From Mycoplasmatota bacterium (GTDB taxonomy: Bacteria > Bacillota_I > Bacilli_A > MAG-NZ): a stretch of DNA of 64,000 bases. The translations under genes were made by a program, and so were the position numbers. Shown here piece by piece: positions 54,656 through 64,000 of this stretch. The stretch is from the NCBI GenBank assembly GCA_018394315.1, contig CP074575.1, positions 930,001-994,000 on the forward strand, in the 5' to 3' direction. The notes below the pieces were generated by a model that had not been told where the DNA came from, searched no databases, and saw only the letters and a list, made by a program, of their open reading frames with translations. How positions within the stretch are numbered: the first letter of the stretch is position 1; each line of letters opens with the position of its first letter.

Positions 54656-55281
54656 TGTGGCAACAAGATTACGAAAAACTATCAACTTCAGGTAAAAAGC
54701 AATTTTCCGATGCTGCGAATAAATTATTAGCTGTAAATTTTCTTGTTAAATCAAAACAAGAAAATATAAATAATTACTATTTCATCTCTAAAAACATTGA
54801 TTTATTTACTGAGTATTTCAAGTTTATTGACTGGGAAGTAGAAATAAATAATGATTTAGGAGTAATTTGTATTAAAAATACTCTTAATAGAAATAGGCTT
54901 AATTTGAAGTTGAATGAAACAATTACTTTATTAATATTAAGGTTATTGTATGAACAAAATAGCGATGAAGTAAACTTAGATGATAGCGTAGAAATAAAAG
55001 TCTCTGATATTCATGAAATGTATGCAATCATCGGACTTGAAAATAGGATACTAACTAAGACAGCTATAACTGAGATTTTATCATTATTTAGACGCTTTAA
55101 TCTAATTGAATTAGAAAGTTTAACGTCTTTATCTACTGAGGATAGTATTTTTATATTACCATCGATTCTGATGGCTGTTGAAACTAGTAATATATTTGAT
55201 GTTTATAAGAAACTTAATGGATTTGGAAATGCAGATGGAGGTGATGCTTTTGAAGAAGTTAAAGAAGATAAAGTTGATTAA
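54655..55281 (+). CDS. jetB: Wadjet JetB/MksE-like KITE subunit (DUF4194-like)
   Basis: L..ETI.LL.LRLLYE, I.I.PSI; TAATG-coupled to jetA. Confidence 0.78.
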   Translation: MWQQDYEKLSTSGKKQFSDAANKLLAVNFLVKSKQENINNYYFISKNIDLFTEYFKFIDWEVEINNDLGVICIKNTLNRNRLNLKLNETITLLILRLLYEQNSDEVNLDDSVEIKVSDIHEMYAIIGLENRILTKTAITEILSLFRRFNLIELESLTSLSTEDSIFILPSILMAVETSNIFDVYKKLNGFGNADGGDAFEEVKEDKVD

Positions 55282-58200
55282 TTGGCATTACTTCATCAAT
55301 GAAACAATTGATATTGAGGGCAATACTCTAATAACAGGGGAAAATGGTGCTGGAAAATCAACTATATTAGATGCAATACAATACGTCCTTTCTCCGGGTA
55401 GACAAAAGTTTAATATTGCTGCTAATGATAAAACAAAGAGAACTGTAAACGCATATGTTAGAGGTAAATTAGGTAGATCCGATCAAAGGTACTTGCGTGA
55501 AGGTGATGTTACATGTCATATATCTTTAGAATTTTTTGATGAACTAACTAATGAATCTTTTGTAGTAGGAACAGTTTTAGATTCTTCTGATACAATCTCG
55601 TCACCTAATTCACTGTTTTATGATTTACCAAATGTTAATATATCAGATGATCTTTTCATTAATGACGATAAGATTCCTTTTAATATTAAAGAATTTAAGA
55701 AAAATGTTAAGGAATCTAAATTACAAAATAAACTGGCAAATACTTTGGTAGCAGCTAGAAAGAATATTGCTTTTAGATTTAATATTTCTGATTATAACTT
55801 TTTTGAGTTATTACCAAAAGCATTAGCTTTTAAGCCGATAAATAACGTTAAGGATTTTATATATTCATATATCTTAGAAGAAAAGGACTTAGATATTGAG
55901 TACTTAATAGGTAATATAAAAACTTATAAGGAATTCATTAATATCTTAGAGGGTGTTAATGAGAAACTTACTGATTTAAAAGAAATTGATGAAACACATA
56001 AAAGTGTAATATCTATTGAAGAAGAGTTTAAAACTATGCTTTACGTATATAAGAAGTGCTTCGTTGATAATCTAGCTGCTCAGATTAAGCTAAATGAAGA
56101 TAATAGAACTTCTTATAGTTCAAAACTTGATTTATTGAGTGAGGAAAAAAGAGTATTAAAAACTGAACTTAATTCAATTATTAGTAAAAGAGATGATGTT
56201 CATCTATCTTTGCTTGTAGATGATGACTACAAAATGCTTAATAGACTAAATAGTGATAAAGAGGAATTATCTAGTAAAATTGAGGGGTTTAGTAGTGTAA
56301 ACTCAAAAATTGATAGAATAATTATTGATGAGTTTCTAAGGGCAGAAAAATTATTAGCTCAAGGATATAGTGATAAGTCGATAAGTAGATTTTTAAACTT
56401 TAAGAATGTTACCTTGGATATATTCAATATAAACGAGTTTATAGATGTGGTTTCAGATTATTATTCATTTATAATTCGAACAAAAAATGCTATTTCAGAA
56501 AGAAAGATTTTAGAGAATGTCAAAAAGGAAATAGTTGAGGAATCTCTAACTGAGATTTATCAAGATATTAAGGTTCTAAATGAGAAGAAGGTTTTAATTC
56601 CTAAAGATGTTTTAGGCTTTAGAAATCGTTTGAAGGAGTTGCTAAAGGAAAGAAGAGACTATGATACTACGCCTATAATCTTAAGTGAAGTATTAGAAAT
56701 AAAAGACAAAAGATGGCAAAATGCAATTGAAGGTTATTTAGGGAGAGATCGATTTAACATTTTAGTTAATCCTGAATTTTTTAATGAGTCATTAAAAATA
56801 TATAAGGAGATTAGAAGTGAGTTTAAGAAGTTCCCTATATCATTAGTAAATACCGAAAAATTAACGAAGTATAAAGATGAAAATATCAGAGGATTAGCAA
56901 GTGAAATTGAAAGTAATTATAGTTATGCAAAGTATTATATTAATTATAGACTTAATAATTTAGTTAAGTGTGAGAATGTTGAAGATTTACCAACTCATAA
57001 TCAGGCTGTTACACCTGACTGTATTATTTATAGGGGATATACTGTAAGTGAGCTGAATAAAAGAAATTATGAGAGGTTATATATTGGTAGTGATGCTCAT
57101 GTAGCGCAGCTTAAACAATCCTATAACTTATTAGATAATAAGAGAAAAGAGCTTGCAGAACATAATAAGATAATTACAAAATATGATGATCTAGTCAAAT
57201 TATTAGATTTACATGATTTAAGTTATGTAAAAGACAGAATTGATGTAAAAATTGAGACATTTAGTAAGATAAATACACTAAATGAGCTTAATGAAACAAT
57301 TAATAATTTAAAAGTTAGTACTGTTTCGGATAAGCAAGAGATTATTAAAAAACTAGAAGAGGAATACGGAAAGTTACAGACTAGACTAGAAAATCTCACT
57401 GAAGAGATATCTTTAATAACTCATAAATTAAGTGAGATTAGTTCTGATGAAGAAGCGCATCTACAGTTAGATGAAGAAAGAATAAAACTAGAAGAATATG
57501 AAGTGGAGATCTCTGTTTTAATGAATGTAGCAAAACAGAAACTTGATAAAGTCTTAGAAGAGAGCAAAGATGATAAATATCTATTAAAATCTCTAGAGCT
57601 TAAACTTAAAACACAAGAGAAAGATTATTTATCAAGAGTGAATGATTTAGTTATATTACAGAGAATGTATTCAACAAATCATAACTTTGAAGCATTAGAA
57701 GGTATTAAAGGTATGGATGCTTTCTTTGAGGAACAACAAAGACTAAGAACATCTCACTTAATTTCATACGAAGAAAAAGTTTATGAATCTAAACATAGAT
57801 CTGAGAGCGAACTTCAAGAGCACTTTATCTTTAGATTGCATGAGAGTTTACTTGAAGCTAGAAGACATTTTACTGAGTTAAATAATTCTCTTAGTGGTGT
57901 TATGTTCGGTACAGATGAGTATGAGTTTGTGTTCAGGCCTAACAGTAAATACTCAGATTATTATGAAATGCTTTTAGATAGTGTTAATTATGAAAGTAAT
58001 ACCGAAGGTTTTTCTAAAGAATTTTTAGATAAATATGGTAAAACTTTAGAAAAACTAACAGAATATATTGTAAGAGAAGATATTAATGAAAAGTTCTTAG
58101 AGGAAATCGTAGACTATAGAACTTATATGGATTACGATATTAGAATAATCCACGGTGATGAGAGCGAGAGTTTGCTGTCGGAAATATCAAGAGAGAAGAG

Positions 58201-58510
58201 TGGAGGAGAAACTCAGATTCCTTACTATGTCGCAATGGCATCTACTTTTATCAAAATATATCAATCAAACAGTGTGAATTCAGATTCTATGGGAATAGTA
58301 TTATTTGATGAAGCATTCGATAAAATCGACAGTACTAGAACAGAAGCTATGATGAATTTCTTGAGTAATTTAGGTCTACAAGTTATCATATCTACCCCAC
58401 CACAAAAAGTAGAAGATATATATCCATTTGTAGATTCGACTTTAGTAGTGACTAGAGACACAGATTATTCTTGGGTATTCACTCTTAATAAGGAAGTGCT
58501 AGAGCAATAA
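55250..58510 (+). CDS. jetC: Wadjet JetC/MksB-like SMC ATPase
   Basis: LINWH, Walker A GENGAGKS, long coiled coils, KSGGETQ signature, Walker B LFDEAF; TTG start after GGAGGTG. Confidence 0.85.
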   Translation: MKKLKKIKLINWHYFINETIDIEGNTLITGENGAGKSTILDAIQYVLSPGRQKFNIAANDKTKRTVNAYVRGKLGRSDQRYLREGDVTCHISLEFFDELTNESFVVGTVLDSSDTISSPNSLFYDLPNVNISDDLFINDDKIPFNIKEFKKNVKESKLQNKLANTLVAARKNIAFRFNISDYNFFELLPKALAFKPINNVKDFIYSYILEEKDLDIEYLIGNIKTYKEFINILEGVNEKLTDLKEIDETHKSVISIEEEFKTMLYVYKKCFVDNLAAQIKLNEDNRTSYSSKLDLLSEEKRVLKTELNSIISKRDDVHLSLLVDDDYKMLNRLNSDKEELSSKIEGFSSVNSKIDRIIIDEFLRAEKLLAQGYSDKSISRFLNFKNVTLDIFNINEFIDVVSDYYSFIIRTKNAISERKILENVKKEIVEESLTEIYQDIKVLNEKKVLIPKDVLGFRNRLKELLKERRDYDTTPIILSEVLEIKDKRWQNAIEGYLGRDRFNILVNPEFFNESLKIYKEIRSEFKKFPISLVNTEKLTKYKDENIRGLASEIESNYSYAKYYINYRLNNLVKCENVEDLPTHNQAVTPDCIIYRGYTVSELNKRNYERLYIGSDAHVAQLKQSYNLLDNKRKELAEHNKIITKYDDLVKLLDLHDLSYVKDRIDVKIETFSKINTLNELNETINNLKVSTVSDKQEIIKKLEEEYGKLQTRLENLTEEISLITHKLSEISSDEEAHLQLDEERIKLEEYEVEISVLMNVAKQKLDKVLEESKDDKYLLKSLELKLKTQEKDYLSRVNDLVILQRMYSTNHNFEALEGIKGMDAFFEEQQRLRTSHLISYEEKVYESKHRSESELQEHFIFRLHESLLEARRHFTELNNSLSGVMFGTDEYEFVFRPNSKYSDYYEMLLDSVNYESNTEGFSKEFLDKYGKTLEKLTEYIVREDINEKFLEEIVDYRTYMDYDIRIIHGDESESLLSEISREKSGGETQIPYYVAMASTFIKIYQSNSVNSDSMGIVLFDEAFDKIDSTRTEAMMNFLSNLGLQVIISTPPQKVEDIYPFVDSTLVVTRDTDYSWVFTLNKEVLEQ

Positions 58511-58614
58511 TGTTTAATATATTAGAAGCTTTAAAGGAAGTTTAGCCCTCTTGATGATTTGTGCAAACTACCAACTAACATTTAATTTTCGTTACATTAT
58601 AAAGGGAGTATAAT

Positions 58615-59706
58615 ATGGCAACTTTGAACTTTAAAGGACTTAATAAGATTTATCCTAATGGTGTACAAGCAGTTTATGATTTTGATTTAGAGGTTAAAGA
58701 TAAAGAATTTATTATCTTTGTCGGGCCGTCAGGTTGTGGTAAATCAACTACATTAAGAATGGTTGCAGGACTTGAAGAGATTACATCTGGAGAATTATAT
58801 ATTGATGATATATTAATTAATAATGTAGCTCCAAAGGATAGAAATATTGCTATGGTGTTTCAAAACTATGCTTTGTATCCACATATGACTGTTTATGATA
58901 ATATGGCATTTGGATTAAAATTACGTAAGATGGATAAGGGTGTAATCGAAGAAAAAGTTAATAATGCAGCAAAAATTTTAGGTTTAACTAAATATTTGAA
59001 ACGTAAACCAAAAGCATTATCAGGAGGACAACGTCAGCGTGTCGCGTTAGGAAGAGCTATCGTAAGAAATGCAAAAGTTTTCTTAATGGATGAACCACTA
59101 AGTAACCTTGATGCGAAATTACGAGTTCAGATGCGAGCAGAGATTGGAAAACTACATGCTAAATTAGAAACTACAACCATTTATGTAACGCATGACCAAA
59201 TTGAAGCTATGACTATGGCAAGTAGAATTGTTGTGATGAAAGATGGGTATATTCAACAAGTAGGACCTCCAAAGGAAATTTATGATTATCCAGCTAATGT
59301 ATTTGTTGGTTCATTTATAGGAACACCTCCAATGAATTTCTTTAAAGGAATAATAAAGGATGATAAATTTACTTCAAGCAGTATGGTTTTAACAGTTTCT
59401 AAAGAAAGAGTCGGTGAATTAAAGCGATTAGGTTACGAAAATAAAGAAATATATTTAGGAATTAGACCTGAGCACGTTTATGATAAGAAAAGTAACGAAC
59501 AACATGCTGAAGTTAGTGTTAATTTAGTTGAGTTAGTCGGTTCTGAATCAGTAATACATGCAACAACAGGTGAAACTGACTTTGTGGCTAAAGTTGGAGT
59601 TAGAACTGATATATCAATCGGGGATACTATTAGTGTTTCATTTGACTTAGATAGAGCACATTTCTTTGACGTTAAAACTGAAGAAAGAATTAAGATTAAG
59701 AAATAA
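58615..59706 (+). CDS. msmX: sugar ABC transporter ATPase (MsmX/MalK/UgpC family)
   Basis: GPSGCGKS, VFQNYALYPHM, LSGGQRQR, DEPLSNLDAKLR, TOBE C-terminus; no cognate permease adjacent. Confidence 0.9.
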   Translation: MATLNFKGLNKIYPNGVQAVYDFDLEVKDKEFIIFVGPSGCGKSTTLRMVAGLEEITSGELYIDDILINNVAPKDRNIAMVFQNYALYPHMTVYDNMAFGLKLRKMDKGVIEEKVNNAAKILGLTKYLKRKPKALSGGQRQRVALGRAIVRNAKVFLMDEPLSNLDAKLRVQMRAEIGKLHAKLETTTIYVTHDQIEAMTMASRIVVMKDGYIQQVGPPKEIYDYPANVFVGSFIGTPPMNFFKGIIKDDKFTSSSMVLTVSKERVGELKRLGYENKEIYLGIRPEHVYDKKSNEQHAEVSVNLVELVGSESVIHATTGETDFVAKVGVRTDISIGDTISVSFDLDRAHFFDVKTEERIKIKK

Positions 59707-59728
59707 GGGACGAATGTTCCTTTTTTTT
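59705..59728 (+). terminator. intrinsic terminator
   Basis: AAGGGAC-gaat-GTTCCTT+T-run. Confidence 0.7.
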
Positions 59729-59755
59729 ATAATATTAGTTATTTGGAGGAATTTT

Positions 59756-60130
59756 ATGGAAATAGTATTTATAAAAAGAGTATATGAAGGAATAAAAGTA
59801 TATTATGATCAAAAAGTAAATGTATTAGATGTTTCAATATATAAGTTCTTAAATGACATATGCATAGATAACTTATCAACTTATAAGGGAAGAATTGACG
59901 CAATAAAAAGAAAGTATAATATAAAATCACTAGTACCTCTATATGTATCTGAGGATTGTTTGTTAATCCCTACAACATCAATAAGGAATTATGAGTGTAT
60001 TTGGATAAATTATTTTCAAATTCAAAAAATTAAGACTAGTGAAATATTAATGAATAATAATTGCATAATAAAAGTGAGAAAGAACTTATTTTTAAAACAG
60101 ATAAAGCGATGTGAAGAAATCGCTTTCTAA
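59756..60130 (+). CDS. comK: ComK-family protein (short)
   Basis: C....STY.GR..A.K.....VP.Y......IPT.S....CIWIN pattern; RBS GGAGG. Confidence 0.7.
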   Translation: MEIVFIKRVYEGIKVYYDQKVNVLDVSIYKFLNDICIDNLSTYKGRIDAIKRKYNIKSLVPLYVSEDCLLIPTTSIRNYECIWINYFQIQKIKTSEILMNNNCIIKVRKNLFLKQIKRCEEIAF

Positions 60131-60190
60131 ATGATTAAATCCTTTTTCATGATATAATTAATTGGATCAAAATGGAAGGAACAATAAAAC

Positions 60191-61387
60191 ATGAAGAATA
60201 CAAAAAAGACAATTAAAGATTTTGAGTTACTAGGTAAAAAAGTACTAATGAGAGTTGATTTTAACGTTCCTATTAAAAATGGTGAGATTACTGATGATAA
60301 CAGAATTGTCCAAGCTTTACCAACGATTAAATATGCATTAGATAATGGGGCAAGGTTAATCTTATTATCACATTTAGGTAGGATAAAAACTGAAGAGGAT
60401 AAGATAAACAAAAGTTTGTTAAATGTTTCAAGAAGACTTAAAGAACTATTATCTAGAGAAGTGGTTTTTGTAGATGAAACAAAAGGAGCTAAATTAGAAG
60501 AAAAAATCAATTCACTTAGCAATGGTGAAGTTTTGATGATTGAAAATACTAGATTTGAAGATTTAAATGATAAGGCTGAGAGTAAGAATAGTGAAGAACT
60601 AGGGAAATATTGGGCTTCACTTGGTGATATATTTATTAATGATGCATTTGGAACTGCACATAGAGCACATGCTTCAAATGTTGGAATTGCTAGTAATATT
60701 TCAGAGTCTGGTGTAGGTTTCTTACTAGAAAAGGAAGTTAAGTATCTAGGAGAAGCAGTTGATAACCCACAAAGACCATTTGTAGCTATTCTAGGTGGTG
60801 CAAAAGTATCAGACAAAATTGATGTTATTGAAAGGTTATTAGAGGTTGCTGATAAAATTATTATTGGTGGAGGGATGGCTTATACATTCTTAAAAGCTAA
60901 GGGTGAAAATATAGGAAGTTCTTTACTTGAATCTGAAAAATTAGAATATGCTAAAGAAATGCTAGATAGAGGTAAAGATAAAATTCTTTTACCAATTGAT
61001 TCTGTATATGGTTCAGAATTTTCAGAGAATGCAACTGCAAGAATTGGTGATTCTAGTTCTGTAAAATCGCATGAACTAGGTTTAGATATCGGTCCTAAAA
61101 CTATCGATTTATTTGAAGAAGAACTAAAAAGTGCTAAGACTGTTGTTTGGAATGGACCTATGGGTGTATCTGAATGGAAACAATTTTCAAAAGGAACAAT
61201 ATCTATATGTGAAGCATTAGCTAATAGTGCCGCTCTTACAATAGTTGGTGGTGGCGATAGTGCGGCAGCAGCAATTAAATTTGGATATGCGGATAAAGTG
61301 AGTCATATTTCAACAGGCGGCGGAGCAAGTTTACAATATTTAGAGGGTAAATCATTACCTGGGTTGGATGCGATTAAAAATAAATAG
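60191..61387 (+). CDS. pgk: phosphoglycerate kinase
   Basis: [41 protein letters not shown]. Confidence 0.98.
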   Translation: MKNTKKTIKDFELLGKKVLMRVDFNVPIKNGEITDDNRIVQALPTIKYALDNGARLILLSHLGRIKTEEDKINKSLLNVSRRLKELLSREVVFVDETKGAKLEEKINSLSNGEVLMIENTRFEDLNDKAESKNSEELGKYWASLGDIFINDAFGTAHRAHASNVGIASNISESGVGFLLEKEVKYLGEAVDNPQRPFVAILGGAKVSDKIDVIERLLEVADKIIIGGGMAYTFLKAKGENIGSSLLESEKLEYAKEMLDRGKDKILLPIDSVYGSEFSENATARIGDSSSVKSHELGLDIGPKTIDLFEEELKSAKTVVWNGPMGVSEWKQFSKGTISICEALANSAALTIVGGGDSAAAAIKFGYADKVSHISTGGGASLQYLEGKSLPGLDAIKNK

Positions 61388-61467
61388 CATTTAATATTTG
61401 ATTATATTAACATTTGATATATAATGAGTATGGAAAATATTGGTGATAATTTTTCTAGGAGGGTTAT

Positions 61468-62226
61468 ATGAGAATTCCTATTATTGCTGGAAACTGGAAA
61501 ATGAATAAAACAAGAGATGAGGCATTAAGGTTTATTTATGAAGTAAATAGAGCTATGCCTGATGTAAGTGAAGTGGAAACTGCAATCTTTGCACAGAGTG
61601 TTCATTTAAGATGTTTAGTAAAACGACAAGGTGATAACTTAAAGATTGGATCACAAAATGTTCATTATGAGGAAAGTGGAGCTTTCACAGGTGAAGTTTC
61701 TCCAATTGCTTTAAAAGAATTAGGTGTGACTTATGCATTAATTGGTCATAGTGAAAGACGAAGTTATTATAATGAAACTGATGAGTCTGTAAATAAAAAA
61801 ATCCACAAAGCATTAAGACATACTTTGAGACCAATTGTATGCGTTGGTGAAGTGTTAAGTGAAAGAGAAAGTGGTAAAACTTTTGAAGTGGTTGAGAGAC
61901 AAACACGCCTAGCTTTGGAAGGTCTAACTTCTGAACAAATGGATGAAGTGGTTATAGCTTATGAGCCAGTATGGGCTATTGGAACAGGGAAAACAGCTAC
62001 TCCCAAAATGGCAAACGAAACTTGCAGTGATATTAGAAACATAGTTGAAAAACTGTTCTCTAAAGAAGTAGCTGATAAAGTTCGTATTCAGTACGGAGGA
62101 AGTGTAAACACAGGTAATATTAAAGAACTTATGAGTATGGAGCATATCGATGGAGCACTTGTTGGTGGAGCTTCATTAGATGAATTATCTTTCATAGAAT
62201 TAGTAAATGTCGCAAAAGAAGCTTAA
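61468..62226 (+). CDS. tpiA: triosephosphate isomerase
   Basis: AGNWKMN, GHSERR, AYEPVWAIGTG, YGGSV, LVGGAS. Confidence 0.98.
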   Translation: MRIPIIAGNWKMNKTRDEALRFIYEVNRAMPDVSEVETAIFAQSVHLRCLVKRQGDNLKIGSQNVHYEESGAFTGEVSPIALKELGVTYALIGHSERRSYYNETDESVNKKIHKALRHTLRPIVCVGEVLSERESGKTFEVVERQTRLALEGLTSEQMDEVVIAYEPVWAIGTGKTATPKMANETCSDIRNIVEKLFSKEVADKVRIQYGGSVNTGNIKELMSMEHIDGALVGGASLDELSFIELVNVAKEA

Positions 62227-62239
62227 GCTTCTTTTTTTT
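62214..62239 (+). terminator. intrinsic terminator
   Basis: AAAAGAAGC-ttaa-GCTTCTTTTTTT. Confidence 0.8.
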
Positions 62240-62283
62240 ATATTGATACTTATGGTATACTTTGTGATATAGGGGGAATGTAA

Positions 62284-63582
62284 GTGTTTACTTCAAGTGA
62301 AAAGAGAAAAGCAATTTTATCTATAGTTTTTATGTATTCCTTTATCTTATTATTTCCTGCATTTGGACCGGTTTTAAATAAATTATTCAGTACTAATCAA
62401 AGTGGAATTTATAGTTCAATTTTTTTACTCTTTTTATCAATTGGGTTTTTAATACCATTTGGCAAAATAGATAAAAAGATGATTCATATATATAAATTAA
62501 TAATTATCTTATTGACAGTTTTAATTTTTAATTCTAGTAACTTTGTGATTATATCATTTATATTTCTAGGTCTAATTATCGCAAGATGTATAGTAGGTTG
62601 GATATATACTTATTATTACTTATATCTAGACAAAAACATAAGTCGTTTTTTTGGTTGGATTTTATTTTTAACTTATGGAATACTTTATATTGGAAATGCT
62701 ATTACTCCATCATTACAAAAGAATTTATTGTTTATTTTGATGCTTTTATTTCCAGTAATATCGTTTATCTTTAGTTTAAATAAAAGTGGTTTACTATATA
62801 GTGTAGATTCGGTTTATAAGAATAATAACAAAAGTTCATACAAAAAAATTATAATAATAATATTAATAGTCTATATAGCTGCAGGGACTACTTACAATGG
62901 AATTTACCCAAGGCTAATGATTTATAGTTTATATGAAAGATATTATAATGTGTTGCCTTTTTTACCAGCTGTATTAATAGCCGCATATTTAAATAAAAAG
63001 AGTTCATTTATTTTAATCTATCTTGGGATTATTTTCTTAGGATTTTCATTTATTAGTTTGTTTATTCCTATTGGAGTAGGACAGTATATTCTAGTACAGA
63101 GTAATCTACAGATAGCGTGGGCATTGCTTGATTTTTATGCTTGGTATGCAGGCGCTAAATATGCTATGCACCACAATAATCCTAGACTTCAAGTTATCTT
63201 TATTGCTTCATTTTTGTTAGGCACCTCTCTTGGAAGTTTTGTGAATCAGTATCTAAATTTTAATATACTTGATGATTTTGGGTTTTATCATGCAGTAATT
63301 ACTTTACTTCCCTTATTCGTAGGATTGCTGATCGCATCAACTTTTAATTTAGGAGATGACGAAGAAAGAGTTAATCAAAGTATTAAAGCATATCAATTTA
63401 TAAAAAACGATAACCTTACAAAACGAGAAAAGGAAATTACTAGATTATTACTTCAAGATAAAACTTATTCTGATATTTGTACTGAGTTGAGTATTTCCAT
63501 TAATACTCTTAAAACGCACAGTAAAAGTATTTATAGAAAATTAGGAGTATCGAATAAATCAGAACTTAGTGAGTATTTATAA
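62284..63582 (+). CDS. multi-TM membrane sensor fused to LuxR HTH
   Basis: ~11-12 hydrophobic segments then LTKREKEI..LL......I...L.IS.NTLKTH...IYRKLGV. Confidence 0.85.
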   Translation: MFTSSEKRKAILSIVFMYSFILLFPAFGPVLNKLFSTNQSGIYSSIFLLFLSIGFLIPFGKIDKKMIHIYKLIIILLTVLIFNSSNFVIISFIFLGLIIARCIVGWIYTYYYLYLDKNISRFFGWILFLTYGILYIGNAITPSLQKNLLFILMLLFPVISFIFSLNKSGLLYSVDSVYKNNNKSSYKKIIIIILIVYIAAGTTYNGIYPRLMIYSLYERYYNVLPFLPAVLIAAYLNKKSSFILIYLGIIFLGFSFISLFIPIGVGQYILVQSNLQIAWALLDFYAWYAGAKYAMHHNNPRLQVIFIASFLLGTSLGSFVNQYLNFNILDDFGFYHAVITLLPLFVGLLIASTFNLGDDEERVNQSIKAYQFIKNDNLTKREKEITRLLLQDKTYSDICTELSISINTLKTHSKSIYRKLGVSNKSELSEYL

Positions 63583-63607
63583 AATAACCCCATAAGGGTT
63601 ATTTTAT
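63579..63607. promoter_or_regulatory. perfect 12-bp inverted repeat (operator or terminator)
   Basis: ATAAAATAACCC-cataa-GGGTTATTTTAT. Confidence 0.55.
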
Positions 63608-63654
63608 TTTAATGGATATTATAATATATTTTTTAAAAAGGAAAGGAGATAAAT

Positions 63655-64000
63655 ATGACATCGAGTGTGAATTTAGTCTTAGCGACTGATAAAAAGGAGG
63701 GATTCTTCAAGTCAGTTCCATGTTATTTAGTTTTCACAAATGATGAGGTAGTATTTGCGTTTTTAAGTAAAGAAAGACAGAAAACCGAAAATGAAGAGGT
63801 TAGAAGAAGGCTTAAAGAAGAGGGTAAGGGATTCTTTAAAGGTACTGCTGCTTTAATGAGTTTTTGGAATACATATGGAGATAGATATTATGATATTTCA
63901 AAAGAAGATATATTAAAAGAGGATGGAAGAAATTTTTCAACTACTCATGATAAAATTGAAAGATTTGTATTTAGGGGAATGAGGAGCAATGTTGATGAAT
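63655..64000 (+). CDS. hypothetical protein, 3'-truncated by window edge
   Basis: RBS AAGGAG, ATG 63655, open to end (MTSSVNLVLATDKKGGFFKS...). Confidence 0.7.
   Translation, partial: MTSSVNLVLATDKKEGFFKSVPCYLVFTNDEVVFAFLSKERQKTENEEVRRRLKEEGKGFFKGTAALMSFWNTYGDRYYDISKEDILKEDGRNFSTTHDKIERFVFRGMRSNVDE

Noticed and set aside
60127..60816. 229-aa minus-strand ORF and other short antisense ORFs in the track
   Set aside because: Shadow frames antisense to well-supported genes (here pgk), with no recognisable motifs.

Overview
AT-rich bacterial chromosomal window using the standard genetic code, with nearly every gene on the + strand (only a cold-shock gene is on -). The protein style suggests an anaerobic low-GC Bacilli/Mollicutes-adjacent lineage (Haloplasma/Izemoplasma/Erysipelotrichia-like); this is an inference. 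1-39 kb is core metabolism: a complete shikimate operon with an AroE-AroK fusion, a cobalamin riboswitch with a lipoprotein and ECF S-component, a PyrR-attenuated pyr operon lacking carAB, glpX, Smr+yebC, a 4-subunit 2-oxoacid:ferredoxin oxidoreductase, a lysine-riboswitch amino-acid ABC transporter, PFOR, ApbE, sufCDSUB, and an alpha/beta-hydrolase + membrane-anchored MurF-like + Ddl-like triad. About 39.3-53.1 kb is a variable region of co-oriented small genes (Ig-like lipoproteins, phosphotransferase, serine hydrolase, GNAT, ABC exporter pair, esterase). It also holds two amber-interrupted pseudogenes, an IS3 left-end stump, a ~92-bp direct repeat and orphan structured non-coding elements. 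It is followed by a JetABC/MksFEB-type SMC operon with no JetD nuclease (only an 11-codon coupled stub where jetD would be), then msmX, comK-like, pgk, tpiA and a multi-TM LuxR regulator. No rRNA, tRNA or CRISPR array was seen. All calls are from motif recognition by eye; no searches were run.
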